From contig CM120642.1 in NCBI GenBank assembly GCA_051362555.1, positions 6,386,001-6,450,000 of the forward strand: DNA of 64,000 bases, in the 5' to 3' direction. The stretch is from Lingula anatina (taxonomy: Eukaryota > Animalia > Brachiopoda). Below, piece after piece: positions 15,001 to 25,930 of this stretch. The position numbers and the translations under genes are program-made. The notes below the pieces were generated by a model. That model made no database searches and had not been told where the DNA came from. It worked only from the letters and a program-made list of their open reading frames with translations. Positions within the stretch are counted from its first letter, which is position 1. Each line of letters opens with the position of its first letter.

Positions 15001-15732
15001 GTCATATACTGGAAATTTACTGTGACCTTGAAATTGACCTTTGACCTACCTTACTACTAACTGAACTTTGATTGTACCATTTTTGGTTATATATTTTTTT
15101 TTGCATATTTTGAGAATTCTTGTTGATTGCATTTTTTACAGCTTGTCAAGCACAAGACTAGTGGTGGTGTCCCTTTTTTTGTGTGTGGGGGGTCTATACG
15201 ATCGCGCTTACTCCAGCTGGTGGTACAATATTCGGAGGCGGTATCACCTCTCTGATCCTCTAGTTCATTAATTCTATTTAATTCATTTTAAGTGAAATGG
15301 TATCATAAGCAGTATGTACATACAATTTTTTCAAACTCGTTATTGTGTGTTTTTCAGAGTTTTTCTTTACATTGTACTTTGCAGACTCTACCAAAGCGGC
15401 AATCACAATCAAGAATATCCAGCTCAGGCGCAAGGGTGGACTCATTTGTGAAAGCTGTTGAGAGATTGCGAGAAGAGAAGGCCAGAGAAGAGGCATTAAT
15501 AGAAAACTCTTGTCAGCAACCAGAAATTCTGGAAAGCAGTGGTCAGAGCAATGTGGGTCAAGGTGATTGCACTGGAGGTCAAGGCCAAATTATTTTAGTT
15601 CCTTCAACTAAGGAAATATTAACACCTGTAGTACTACGTGAAGGTGAAGCTCTTGTTCTTGGACAGTCTGCCATAAATGCTATTATAGAAGGACAGAGAG
15701 AAAAGGACACTGAAAACAACACACAAGAATAA
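81..15732 (+). CDS. SNAPC4: snRNA-activating protein complex subunit 4 (SNAPC4/SNAP190)-like, multi-exon, 5' end outside window
   Basis: Manually spliced, phase-consistent GT-AG exons: 81-157, 852-1055, 1290-1400, 1674-1755, 2031-2112, 2753-2857, 3423-3501, 3963-4127, 4747-4814, 5303-5385, 5772-5875, 6473-6567, 6884-6978, 7589-7698, 7984-8121, 8546-8720, 9375-9592, 9862-10084, 10577-10659, 10918-11922, 12177-12269, 12517-12569, 12814-13280, 13481-13629, 15385-15732 (TAA). The translation has an N-terminal coiled coil (LAINRAYQEIV..LEEALIENREKQ) and the PYFKD..PAPVNED motif. About 4.5 Myb repeats follow (IDWMKIA..FEGNRTASDC..WKNVLHPDINKKKWTADED; PFTPEED; GRWSTDED; DPWTYEED..GKWSQIA), then a late YKMLKARFISLFLWPALL motif. 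All are typical of SNAPC4. Confidence 0.92.
2878..3028. mobile_element. small palindromic MITE-like element in SNAPC4 intron
   Basis: Inverted ends AGACACCACCAGTCTACATAGA...TCTATGTAGACTAGTGGTGTCT, plus an inner inverted pair (GTGCAATCAGCT/AGCTGATTGCAC). Confidence 0.6.
5544..5673. repeat. inverted repeat, probable MITE remnant
   Basis: TGAATGCAATCAGATTAACAGACTAACAC ... GTGTTAGTCTGTTCATCTGATTGTATTCA are imperfect reverse complements. Confidence 0.55.
6108..6275. mobile_element. non-autonomous TIR DNA element (MITE) with apparent 5-bp target-site duplication
   Basis: TIRs CAGGCCCGTAGCCAG / CTGGCTACTGGCCTG, subterminal G/C tracts, flanked on both sides by GTGTT (6103-6107, 6276-6280). Confidence 0.7.
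13777..15263 (+). mobile_element. Helentron-associated non-autonomous element (HINE, family 1) with internal ~146-bp tandem array, in the last SNAPC4 intron
   Basis: 5' TTGTACCACCAGC subTIR that also forms a hairpin with GCTGGCGGTAC. About 5 tandem units (TGACCTTGAAATTGACCTTTGACCT) at ~14380-15070. 3' subTIR GCTGGTGGTACAA, stem-loop GAGGCGGTATCACCTC and CTAG-TT end. Same family as 44010-46077 but with an internal deletion. Confidence 0.8.
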
Positions 15733-16058
15733 AGATCAAACCGTGTATAATGGCATAAAGTATAATGTACTTTAACTGAAGAATTCTTGGGTTATTCATT
15801 CAATGAAGAATATGAAATTAAAATGTGTTAGGATGAAAATGTCTCGTTTTGAATTTGCAACATGTAGTGAACCAAATTAAATGTTCATGCAAACTATGCT
15901 GCTGTTGTTGATGTTTTTTATTTTATTTATTGTTTTTTGTTTTTAAACCTTCCGAAAAAGACTTTTTTCTTATTTTCATTTCTTGAAAGTTAAAAGATAT
16001 TTTTATTATTATTTGTAAACAAGTTGTATTCATTTGAATGTTAAATCTTACCTGCCAG

Positions 16059-16369
16059 GGCCCAGTTTTGTAAAGGGTGTTTAGCAGAAACCAGTGTTTA
16101 AGTCTAACCAGTGGATAAATTCTCCTAACACCCATTAACTAAACGACGGTTGAAATTGTGTTTCATAAACAGTGTTTAAACAGCTGGTTAGTTAACTGAC
16201 CTTTAAATAATTTATTCAGTTAAACACTGGCCAGTGTTAATTGGCTGTTTGAACACTGTTTATGAAACAAAATTTCAACCATCTTTTAGTTAATGGGTGT
16301 TAGGAGAATTTATCCACTGGTTAGGCTTATACACTGCTTAGTGCTAAACGTCCTTTATTAAACAGAGCC
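16059..16369. mobile_element. ~310-bp almost fully palindromic MITE (fold-back) with CAG target-site duplication, PIF/Harbinger-like
   Basis: Arms such as AACCAGTGGATAAATTCTCCTAACACCCATTAACTAAA / TTTAGTTAATGGGTGTTAGGAGAATTTATCCACTGGTT. Ends GGCCCAGTTT...AAACAGAGCC are flanked by CAG on both sides. Confidence 0.75.
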
Positions 16370-17143
16370 CAGGATTTTAATCATGAAATGACCAGTATGT
16401 ACCAGTAGTGGGTTCAGCGAGTATTATAAGTATAATAATAGGTTCCCTCGTACAGTGTCTGATTTAGGTAGACACAGTGGGTACGTGCACACCCTCTCGC
16501 GCGCACAAACCAGTGGGATAAGGTATATCAAGCGATTTTCCTTCCCCATGCCCTTATTATATTATTACTGCCATTGTAACAGTGACCCAACCCAGCCATC
16601 CTATTTTACGGCTGTTTTGATTGAGCTGGTCTGTATTTTGATGGACGAGGTCAAATTTAACATGAAAATCCAATTAGCTGAAGTCTTCAATAACGTATGC
16701 CATTAGTAGGAATATAAATGTGTCCATTCACACTAGAAGCCAGTTCTCAATAGCTAAGGGTTATCCTTAAAAAATAACTCAACCCAAATGCTGGCTGTTC
16801 AATCAAAGTACGATAAAAAGGCGACGTGTCATACTTGGTCATACTTGTTTAATAAGTCATGTGATGAGGCGTTGTCTGTTAAACCGGGGGGGGGGGGGGG
16901 GGCCTTCGGGCAATAAACACGGCATACTCGCTCGAAAACTTACTGCTTCAATACTGCGCAAACCACATCCAAATATGTTAGTTACATGACTTATTCCTTT
17001 GGAGAAGAAATAAATCATGTAACTAACATGATTTATTTTTATTTCTTTGGAGAAGAGTCAAGGGCAAAAAGCTAATGTGAAAAGTCCAAAGGCATTATTA
17101 AGGGATACTATCCCTGTTTTTGAAATTTTCTCAAAGCCATAGT

Positions 17144-17372
17144 TTTATGTACAGACACAGATGTGTCTGTACATAGTCATCACCTGCTTCTGTCGTCGCT
17201 GTCATGCACTTTCACCAATAAGTCTATAAGTGGAAAACCATTTTACCTTTTGCATTGAAACTTACAGAACTGATAAATAGTCATAATATGCAGTTCAAGT
17301 TTTTTTCAGCATATATGTAACGCCAGTAACACATTAAGTAGAAAACTATTTTACCTTTTGGCTTGAAACTTT
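17144..17372 (+). mobile_element. 5' fragment of HINE family 2
   Basis: TATGTACAGACACAGATGTGTCTGTACATA hairpin, a GTC microsatellite remnant and repeat sequence shared with ~25931, ~27934 and (reverse) ~51310. Confidence 0.6.
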
Positions 17373-17374
17373 AT

Positions 17375-18497
17375 TGTAGAAAAGTAGGGAATCCAATCAA
17401 AGAGATGCTGGATTTTTTTTTCTGAAAACTTAGGGTGCATTCCCAAAGATTTAGATCGATCCAGAGATTAAGATTTAGATCAACCTAACTCCCTGGGGGT
17501 TCACGCTAAATTGCAGTCAGCCGAGCGCGCACCATAGTTAATTACCCCTTTACAGCTTTTAGTAGGCGAGACAGAAACTTAAGCCAGCTAAGCTGACAGT
17601 AATCTAGTGAGACTCCCAACAGGGATATTTCGATCTAAAATCTATGGAAATGGGGTCTTAGTAGTTGGAGTCAAGAAAGGCAGCAAAAGGCCTGTTTGGG
17701 ACCCACATCGCCAGGTACCATTAACTTTCCACCAGCGTCCCTGGAGGTACTCTGTTATATTCCTACTATATGTGTCAGCCTTAATGTTCAGTCTCTCCTT
17801 GGATCTTGGACATATATTGCTATATCTACTTGTTTTTTTCTTTAATCTTCCTGGCCATGGGATGTTAATATTGTCATGATGCCTGTAGCCCTCAAAGTTA
17901 ACAAACTCCAAGAAGACGGTGATGTTGACACATGTATGTATCCTTGGACAGTGAGCAGTGTAGGTGCCCTTGAAGTAATCTTGGACAGGACACCACATCC
18001 TCTCTCCACCCATTATTGTGATTCTGAATCCACTCCCCCCAGTGGACATTGTCCTTTGGCCATTCTGAACAAATTCAGTTATCCTAAAGATGACAGAATC
18101 TGGATTAGGTAGATTTCGGCATCAGACTTGTACTTGGAATAATTCAGAGGAGAAGTTGTTATATCTGGTTCTTTTGTGGAGTTTGCTATGGTCCAGTAAT
18201 GGTAAAGTTGCAACATTTCTGTTGGACCAAAACGTATGGGCTCTTCCATGAATCTGTCCTCTGGTTTATTGAAATTTATAGGTAGTAAGGCATACTTTTG
18301 TTCTGCCAGAAACATCATACAAAATACAACAGCAACAATCAGTAAAACTTTGCAGTAAAAAATATATTGAAGTAACCCACGAGTACGCTGTTCTGCAATA
18401 CCTTTCTCTATATTCATTCTTGTGTTGACAATAGAAAACAACATTTGAAGCCACCTGGAAAATTAATTTAACCACAGTCTGTCTTCATGAATATTCA
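17375..18497 (-). pseudogene. NXPE/PC-esterase-like copy A, truncated pseudogene
   Basis: Near-identical to the 5' part of 19424-20944 but has a frameshifting deletion near 18110. A MITE is inserted at 17433-17657 just before the GDSH region, and the C-terminal SGNH half is absent. Confidence 0.85.
17433..17657 (+). mobile_element. 225-bp MITE (Tourist/PIF-Harbinger-like) with TTA target-site duplication
   Basis: Imperfect TIRs GGGTGCATTCCCAAAGATTTAGATCGA / TCGATCTAAAATCTATGGAAATGGGGTC, TTA on both sides. The flanks are colinear with the uninterrupted gene copies, and a second copy lies at 37697-37921. Confidence 0.85.
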
Positions 18498-19423
18498 TAT
18501 TTCCCTCTGTTACCAACACCTATCTAATCACTGTAAATGCCCAATGGCAATATAATTTTTATGACCCATGTAGTTTCAGTGATAACAGGATGAGTAAAAA
18601 ATATATTGAAGTAACCTATGAGTACGCTATTCTGCAGTAGGTATCTGTATATTCATCTTTATCTTACCATCAAGACTTGATAACAGAAAACAACATTTGA
18701 AGTCAGCCAGGGTATTCACATTTCCCTGTGTTACCAGTATCATATCATTTTTTTGTTATTTATGTATGGATATGACTTTATCTTTCCAATGGAGAAAATG
18801 TGAATTTTACACGTACTGTATTTTTTATTGTAATAAATTTTTAGAACATTCTAATTGAGTGTTAATAACAAAATTGGAAAGCAGGCTACCCTTTAGTCTT
18901 ATTCTCCTGAATAAAATCACCGCAAATGCTTTATAGAGATATAATTTTTATGACCCCAAAATAATGTTGCTGAGGGATTGGTCCTTTTTCCCCAACTGAA
19001 AATATTGAGTCATTACACTATTAGAATAGAAGAAGAGAACCTGGCTTATCCAGTTTTCTCATCTACCTGTATTTGGTTCCTAATAATTTGAAACCACTGG
19101 ATGATACCATTCTCAGAGTTCACTCGAGTTGGTGAAAGGTGCAGAAAATGGACATTTAAGTTCAATCATCCATTTTTCTTTGCTGATAAGACAATAAGTA
19201 AATATTTTTTTATTCTTGGTGTGCCCTGAGGATGTGTGAATTAAATAAAAGTATTATGCTTAATAAGTCATTTCAGGCACTGACCGACATAAATTCTTTT
19301 CAGGCACTTGTCTGTTTAATTTGCATTCAAACAATATTTAGGATGTAGTAATGGGATATTGCCATTGTAGATAATAAACAGCTGGTATATGACAAGTGTG
19401 TATAAATTGTTTTCTGGTAGAAG

Positions 19424-20944
19424 TTAATTCATACAGATTTTTCTGTAAAGTAACTGGGCAATGACTTTACCTGTATCACCAACAAATGTAGCATGACTAT
19501 ACCTCTTCTGTTTTGGACACAAGTAGTGAACAAGATCACACATTGTATCAGTCATAGGATGTACAATGTGGAATGCATCAAAAACTTCCACATCCAGTTT
19601 CTTCATTTCTGTTCCCAGTATTTCATTGGTTGCTGATTTCATAAAATAATTGCTATCTTTTTTCCACATTCCACCTGCCTGTATGTTCAGGTAGATCAAG
19701 CGAAGTGTTGCCTGCTTGGGATTTCTTCTTATACCTCTAATGACATCAAAGATAATTCTGCTTTGATTTAAAATGAGGTGTCTTGCATTTCTTCGAGTCA
19801 CATCCCATTGACCAAAACCTAGAACTATGACATCAGATGCAGACCATGTAGATCTTGACTTCAGGTGCTTTTGGAGATTTGCAGCAGCAACATGTGGATA
19901 ATTCCCCCACATTGCCGCAATGTTCTTATTGTAGAAAAATAGTGTATCTGTAGTGCCATCGAAGAGATGTAAATTTTTCATGTTGAGTAAATGCATTAAA
20001 TAATAACTTATTGCTCTTATGTGGGAGTCCCCAATGAAAGAGATGCTGGATTTATTTTTTTGACAACGTAGCAGTTCAGTTGGAGTCAAGAAAGGCAGCA
20101 AAAGGCCTGTTTGGGACCCCCATTGCCAGGTACCATTAACTTTCCACCAGCGTCCCTGGAGGTACTCTGTTATATTCCCACTATATGTGTCAGCCTTAAT
20201 GTTCAGTCTCTCCTTGGATCTTGGACATATATTGCTATATATATTTATTTTTTTCTTTAATCTTCCTGGCCATGGGATGTTAATATTGTCATGATGCCTG
20301 TAGCCCTCAAAGTTAACAAACTCCAAGAAGACAGTGATGTTGACACATGTATGTATCCTTGGACAGTGAGCAGTGTAGGTGCCGTTGAAGTAATCTTGGA
20401 CAGGACACCACATCCTCTCTCCACCCATTATTGTGATTCTGAATCCACTCCCCCCAGTGGACATTGTACTTTGGCCATTCTGAACAAATTCAGTTATCCT
20501 AAAGATGACAGAATCTAGAATGGGTAGTTTTCGGAATAACTGCACTTGATGATGGTACTGCTTGGCATCAGACTTGTACTTGGAATAATCCAAGGGAGAA
20601 CTTGTTATATCTGGTTCTTTTGTGGAGTTTGCTATGGTCCAGTAATGGTAAAGTTGCAACATTTCTGTTGGACCAAAACGTATGGGCTCTTCCATGAATC
20701 TGTCCTCTGGTTTATTGAAATTGATAGGTAGTAAGGCATACTTTTGTTCTGCCAGAAAAATCATACAAAATACAACAGCAACAATCAGTAAAACTTTGCA
20801 GTAAAAAATATATTGAAGTAACCCACGAGTACGCTGTTCTGTAATACGTATCTGTACATTCATTCTTGTGTTGACAATAGAAAACAACATTTGAAGCCAC
20901 CTGGAAAAGTAATTTGACCACAGTCTGTCTTCATGAATATTCAT
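19424..20944 (-). CDS. NXPE family/PC-esterase-like SGNH protein (type II membrane anchor, Ig-like domain, GDS...DxxH), intact copy B
   Basis: Uninterrupted ORF, open from 20962 with first ATG at 20944 (~506 aa). It has a hydrophobic anchor VLLIVAVVFCMIFLA and NXPE-type GGSGFR...VQDYFNGTYTA. The putative catalytic region has ISFIGDSHIR, LGFGQWD and CDLVHY (DxxH). A splice acceptor (ttttatag) lies just upstream. Confidence 0.8.
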   Translation of the reverse strand: MNIHEDRLWSNYFSRWLQMLFSIVNTRMNVQIRITEQRTRGLLQYIFYCKVLLIVAVVFCMIFLAEQKYALLPINFNKPEDRFMEEPIRFGPTEMLQLYHYWTIANSTKEPDITSSPLDYSKYKSDAKQYHHQVQLFRKLPILDSVIFRITEFVQNGQSTMSTGGSGFRITIMGGERMWCPVQDYFNGTYTAHCPRIHTCVNITVFLEFVNFEGYRHHDNINIPWPGRLKKKINIYSNICPRSKERLNIKADTYSGNITEYLQGRWWKVNGTWQWGSQTGLLLPFLTPTELLRCQKNKSSISFIGDSHIRAISYYLMHLLNMKNLHLFDGTTDTLFFYNKNIAAMWGNYPHVAAANLQKHLKSRSTWSASDVIVLGFGQWDVTRRNARHLILNQSRIIFDVIRGIRRNPKQATLRLIYLNIQAGGMWKKDSNYFMKSATNEILGTEMKKLDVEVFDAFHIVHPMTDTMCDLVHYLCPKQKRYSHATFVGDTGKVIAQLLYRKICMN

Positions 20945-21857
20945 ATTTCCCTCTGTGACCAACGGCTATAAAATCAATATTAATGGCTGTATAATTTTTA
21001 TGACCCCATGTAGTTTCAGTGATAACAGGATGAGTAAAAAATATATTGAAGTAACCTATGTGTACGCTGTTCTGCTGTAGGTATCTGTATATTCATCTTT
21101 ATCTTACCATCAAGACTTGATAACAGAAAACAACATTTGAAATCAGCCAGGGTATTCACATTTCCCTGTGTTACCAGTATCATATCATTTTTTTTGTTAT
21201 TTATGTTTGGATATGACTTTATCTTTCCAATGGAGAAAATTGTGAATTTTGCACATACTGTATTTTTTATTGTAATAAAATTTTAATTGAGTGTTAATAA
21301 CAAAACTGGAAAGCAGGCTACCCTTTAGTTTTATTCTACTGAATAAAATCACCGCAAATGCTTTATAAAGATATAATTTTTATGACCTCAAAATAATGTT
21401 GCTGAGGGATTGGTCCTTTTTCCCCCAACTGAAAATATTGAGTCATTACACTATTAGAATAGAAGAAGAGAACCTGGCTTATCCAGTTTTCTCATCTACC
21501 TGTATTTGGTTCCTAATAATTTGAAAACCACTGGATGATACCATTCTCAGAGTTCACTCGAGTTGGTGAAAGGTGCAGAAAATGGACATTTAAGTTCAAT
21601 CATCCATTTTTCTTTGCTGATAAGACAATAAGTAAATATTTTTTTATTCTTGGTGTGCCCTGAAGATGTGTGAATTAAATAAAAGTATTATGCTTAATGA
21701 GTCATTTCAGGCGCTGACCGACACAAATTCTTTTTAGGCACTTGTCTCTTTAATTTGCCTTCACACAATATTTAGGATGTAGTAATGGGATATTGCCATT
21801 GTAGATAATAAACAGCTGGTATATGACAAGTGTGTATAAATTGTTTTCTGGTAGAAG

Positions 21858-23380
21858 TTAATTCATACAGATTTTTCTGTAAAGTAACTGGGCAATGACT
21901 TTACCTGTATCACCAACAAATGTAGCATGACTATACCTCTTCTGTTTTGGACACAAGTAGTGAACAAGATCACACATTGTATCAGTCATAGGATGTACAA
22001 TGTGGAATGCATCAAAAACTTCCACATCCAGTTTCTTCATTTCTGTTCCCAGTATTTCATTGATTGCTGATTTCATAAAATAATTGCTATCTTTTTTCCA
22101 CATTCCACCTGCCTGTATGTTCAGGTAGATCAAGCGAAGTGTTGCCTGCTTGGGATTTCGTCTTATACCTCTAATGACATCAAAGATAATTCTGCTTTGA
22201 TTTAAAGTGAGGTGTCTTGCATTTCTTTGAGTCACATCCCATTGACCGAAACCTAGAACTATGACATCAGATGCAGACCATGTAGATCTTGACTTCAGGT
22301 GCTTTTGGAGATTTGCAGCAGCAACATGTGGATAATTCCCCCACATTGCCGCAATGTTCTTATTGTAGAAAAATAGTGTATCTGTAGTGCCATCGAAGAG
22401 ATGTAAATTTTTCATGTTGAGTAAATGCATTAAATAGTAACTTATTGCTCTTATGTGGGAGTCCCCAATGAAAGAGATGCTGGATTTATTTTTTTGACAA
22501 CGTTGCAGTTCAGTTGGAGTCAAAAAGGGCAGCAAAAGGCCTGTTTGGGACCCCCATCGCCAGGCCAGGTACCATTAACTTTCCACCAGCGTCCCTGAGG
22601 TACTCTGTTATATTCCTACTATATATGTCAGCCTTAATGTTCAGTCTCTCCTTGGATCTTGGACATATATTGCTATATATACTTATTTTTTTCTTTAATC
22701 TTCCTGGCCATGGGATGTTAATATTGTCATGATGCCTGTAGCCCTCAAAGTTAACAAACTCCAAGAAGACAGTGATGTTGACACATGAGTGTATCCTTAG
22801 ACAGTGAGCAGTGTAGGTGCCGTTGAAGTAGTCTTGGACAGGACACCACATCCTCTCACCACCCATTATTGTGATTCTGAATCCACTCCCCCCAGTGGAC
22901 ATTGTACTTTGGCCATTCTGAACAAATTCAGTGATCTTAAAGATGACAGAATCTGGATTGGGTTGTTTTTGGATTAACTGAACTTGATAATGGTACTGCT
23001 TGGCATCAGGCTTGTACTTGGAATAATCCAAGGGAGAACTTGTGATATCTGGTTCTTTTGTGGAGTTTGCTATGGTCTAGTAATGGTAAAGTTGCAACAT
23101 TTCTGTTGGACCAAAACGTATGGGCTCTTCCATGAATCTGTCCTCTGGTTTATTGAAATTGATAGGTAATAAGGCATACTTTTGTTCTGCCAGAAAAATC
23201 ATACAAAATACAACAGCCACAATCAGTAAAACTTTGCAGTAAAAAATATTCAAGTAACCCACGTGTACGCTGTTCTGTAATACGTATCTGTACATTCATT
23301 CTTGTGTTGACAATGGAAAACAACATTTGAAGCCACCTGGAAAAGTAATTTGACCACAGTCTGTCTTCATGAATAATCAT
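21858..23380 (-). pseudogene. NXPE/PC-esterase-like copy C, disrupted
   Basis: Full-length homolog of copy B with a 2-bp deletion near 23250, TGG>TAG at 23077 and frameshifts near 22560-22600. The ORF track shows it in four fragments. Confidence 0.85.
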
Positions 23381-24310
23381 ATTTCCCTCTGTGACCAACG
23401 CCTATAAAATCAATGTAAATGGCTATAATTTTTATGACCCCATGTAGTTTCAGTGATAACAGGATGAGTAAAAAATATATTGAAGTAACCTATGAATACG
23501 CTATTGTGCAACCAATAGGTATCTGTATATTCATCTTTATCTTACCATCAAGACTTGATAAAAGAAAACAACATTTGAAGTCACCCAGAATATTCATATT
23601 TCCCTGTGTTACCAGTATCATATTATTTATTTGTTATTTATGTATGGATATGACTTTATCTTTCCAATGGAGAAAATTGTGAATTTTACAGGTACTGTAT
23701 TTTTTATTGTAATAAATTTTAAGAACATTCTAATTGAGTGTTAATAACAAAATTGGAAAGCAGGCTACCCTTTAGTTTTATTCTACTGAATAAAATCACT
23801 GCAAATGCTTTATAAAAAGATTTTTATGACCTCAAAATAATGTTGCTGAGGGATTGGTCCTTTTTCCCAACTGAAAATATTGAGTCATTACACTATTAGA
23901 ACAGAAGAAGAGAACCTGGCTTATCCAGTTTTCTCATCTACCTGTATTTGGTTCCTAATAATTTGAAAACCACTGGATGATACCATTCTCAGAGTTCACT
24001 CGAGTTGGTGAAAGGTGCAGAAAATGGACATTTAAGTTCAATCATCCATCTTTCTTTGCTGATAAGACAATAAGTAAATTTTTTTATTCTTGGTGTGCCC
24101 TGAAGATGTGTGAATTAAATGAAAGTATTATGCTTAATAAGTCATTTCAGGTGCTGACCAACTCAAATTCTTTTTAGGCACTTGTCTGTTCAATTTGCTT
24201 TCAAACAATATTTAGGATGTAGTAATGGGATATTGCCATTGTACATTGTAGATAATAAACAGCTGGTATACATGTATGACAAGTGTGTATAAATTGTTTT
24301 CTGGTAGAAG

Positions 24311-25836
24311 TTAATTCATACAGATTTTTCTGTAAAGTAATTGGGCAATGACTTTACCTGTATCACCAACAAATGTTGCAGGACTATACCTCTTCTGTTT
24401 TGGACACAGGTAGTGGACAAGATCACACATTGTATCAGTCATAGGATATACAATGTGGAATGCATCAAAAACTTCCACATCCAGTTTCTTCATTTCTGTT
24501 CCCAGTATTTCATTGGTTGCTGATTTCATAAAATAATTGCTATCTTTTTTCCACATTCCACCTGCCTGTATGTTCAGGTAGATCAAGCGAAGTTTTGCCT
24601 GCTTGGGATTTCTTCTTATACTTCTAATGACATCAAAGATAATTCTGCTTTGATTTAAAATGAGGTGTCTTGCATTTCTTCGAGTCACATCCCATTGACC
24701 GAAACCTAGAACTATGACATCAGATGCAGACCATGTAGATCTTTACTTCAGGTGCTTTTGGAGATTTGTAGCAGCAACATGTGGATAATTCCCCCACATT
24801 GCTGCAATGTTCTTATTGTAGAAAAATAGTGTATCTGTAGTGCCATCGAAGAGATGTGGATGTTTCATGTTGAGTAAATGCATTAAATAGTAACTTATTG
24901 CTCTTATGTGGGAGTCCCCAACAAAAGAGATGCTGGATTTATTTTTTTTGACAATGTAGCAGTTCAGTTGGAGTCAAAAAAGGCAGCAAAAGGCCTGTTT
25001 GGGACCCCCATTGCCAGGTACCATTAACTTTCCACCAGCGACCCTGGAGGTACTCTGTTATATTCCTACTATATGTGTCAGCCTTAATGTTCAGTCTCTC
25101 CTTGGATCTTGGACATATATTGCTATACGTATATACTTATTTTTTTCTTTAATCTTCCTGGCCATGGGATGTTAATATTGTAATGATGCCTTTAGCCCTC
25201 AAAGTTAACAGACTCCAAGAAGACAGTGATGTTGACACATGTATGTATCCTTGGACAGTGAGCAGTGTAGGTGCCCTTGAAGTAGTCTTGGACAGGACAC
25301 CACATCCTCTCACCACCCATTATTGTGATTCTGAATCCACTCCCCCCAGTGGACATTGTACTTTGGCCATTCTGAACAAATTCAGTTATCCTAAAGATGA
25401 CAGAATTTGGAATGGGTAGTTTTCGGAATAACTGCACTTGATGGTGGTACTGCTTGGCATCAGACTTGTACTTGGAATAATCCAAGGGAGAACTTGTTAT
25501 ATCTGGTTCTTTTGTGGAGTTTGCTATGGTCCAGTAATGGTAAAGTTGCAACATTTCTGTTGAACCAAAACGTATGGGCTCTTCCATGAATCTGTCCTCT
25601 GGTTTATTGAAATTTATAGGTAGTAAGGCATACTTTTGTTCTGCCAGAAAAATCATACAAAATACAACAGCAACAATCAGTAAAACTTTGCAGTAAAAAA
25701 TATATTGAAGTAACCCACAAGTACGCTGTTCTGTAATACGTATCTGTACATTCATTCTTGTGTTGACAATAGAAAACAACATTTGAAGCCGCCTGGAAAA
25801 GTAATTTGACCACAGTCTGTCTTCATGAATAATCAT
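24311..25836 (-). pseudogene. NXPE/PC-esterase-like copy D, disrupted
   Basis: Full-length homolog with TAC>TAA at 25192, a small insertion near 25130 and an extra base in the T-run near 24945. Confidence 0.85.
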
Positions 25837-25930
25837 ATTTCCCTCTGTGACCAATGCCTATAAAATCAATGTAAATGGCTATATAATTTTTTATGACCCC
25901 ATGTAGTTTCAGTGAAAAAAGGATAAATTG

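Larger units (their letters stand above)
17375..25925 (-). repeat. tandem segmental duplication, ~2.44-kb unit x ~3.5
   Basis: Stop codons at 19424, 21858 and 24311 are spaced 2434 and 2453 bp apart, and the intergenic spacers are also near-identical. Confidence 0.92.
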
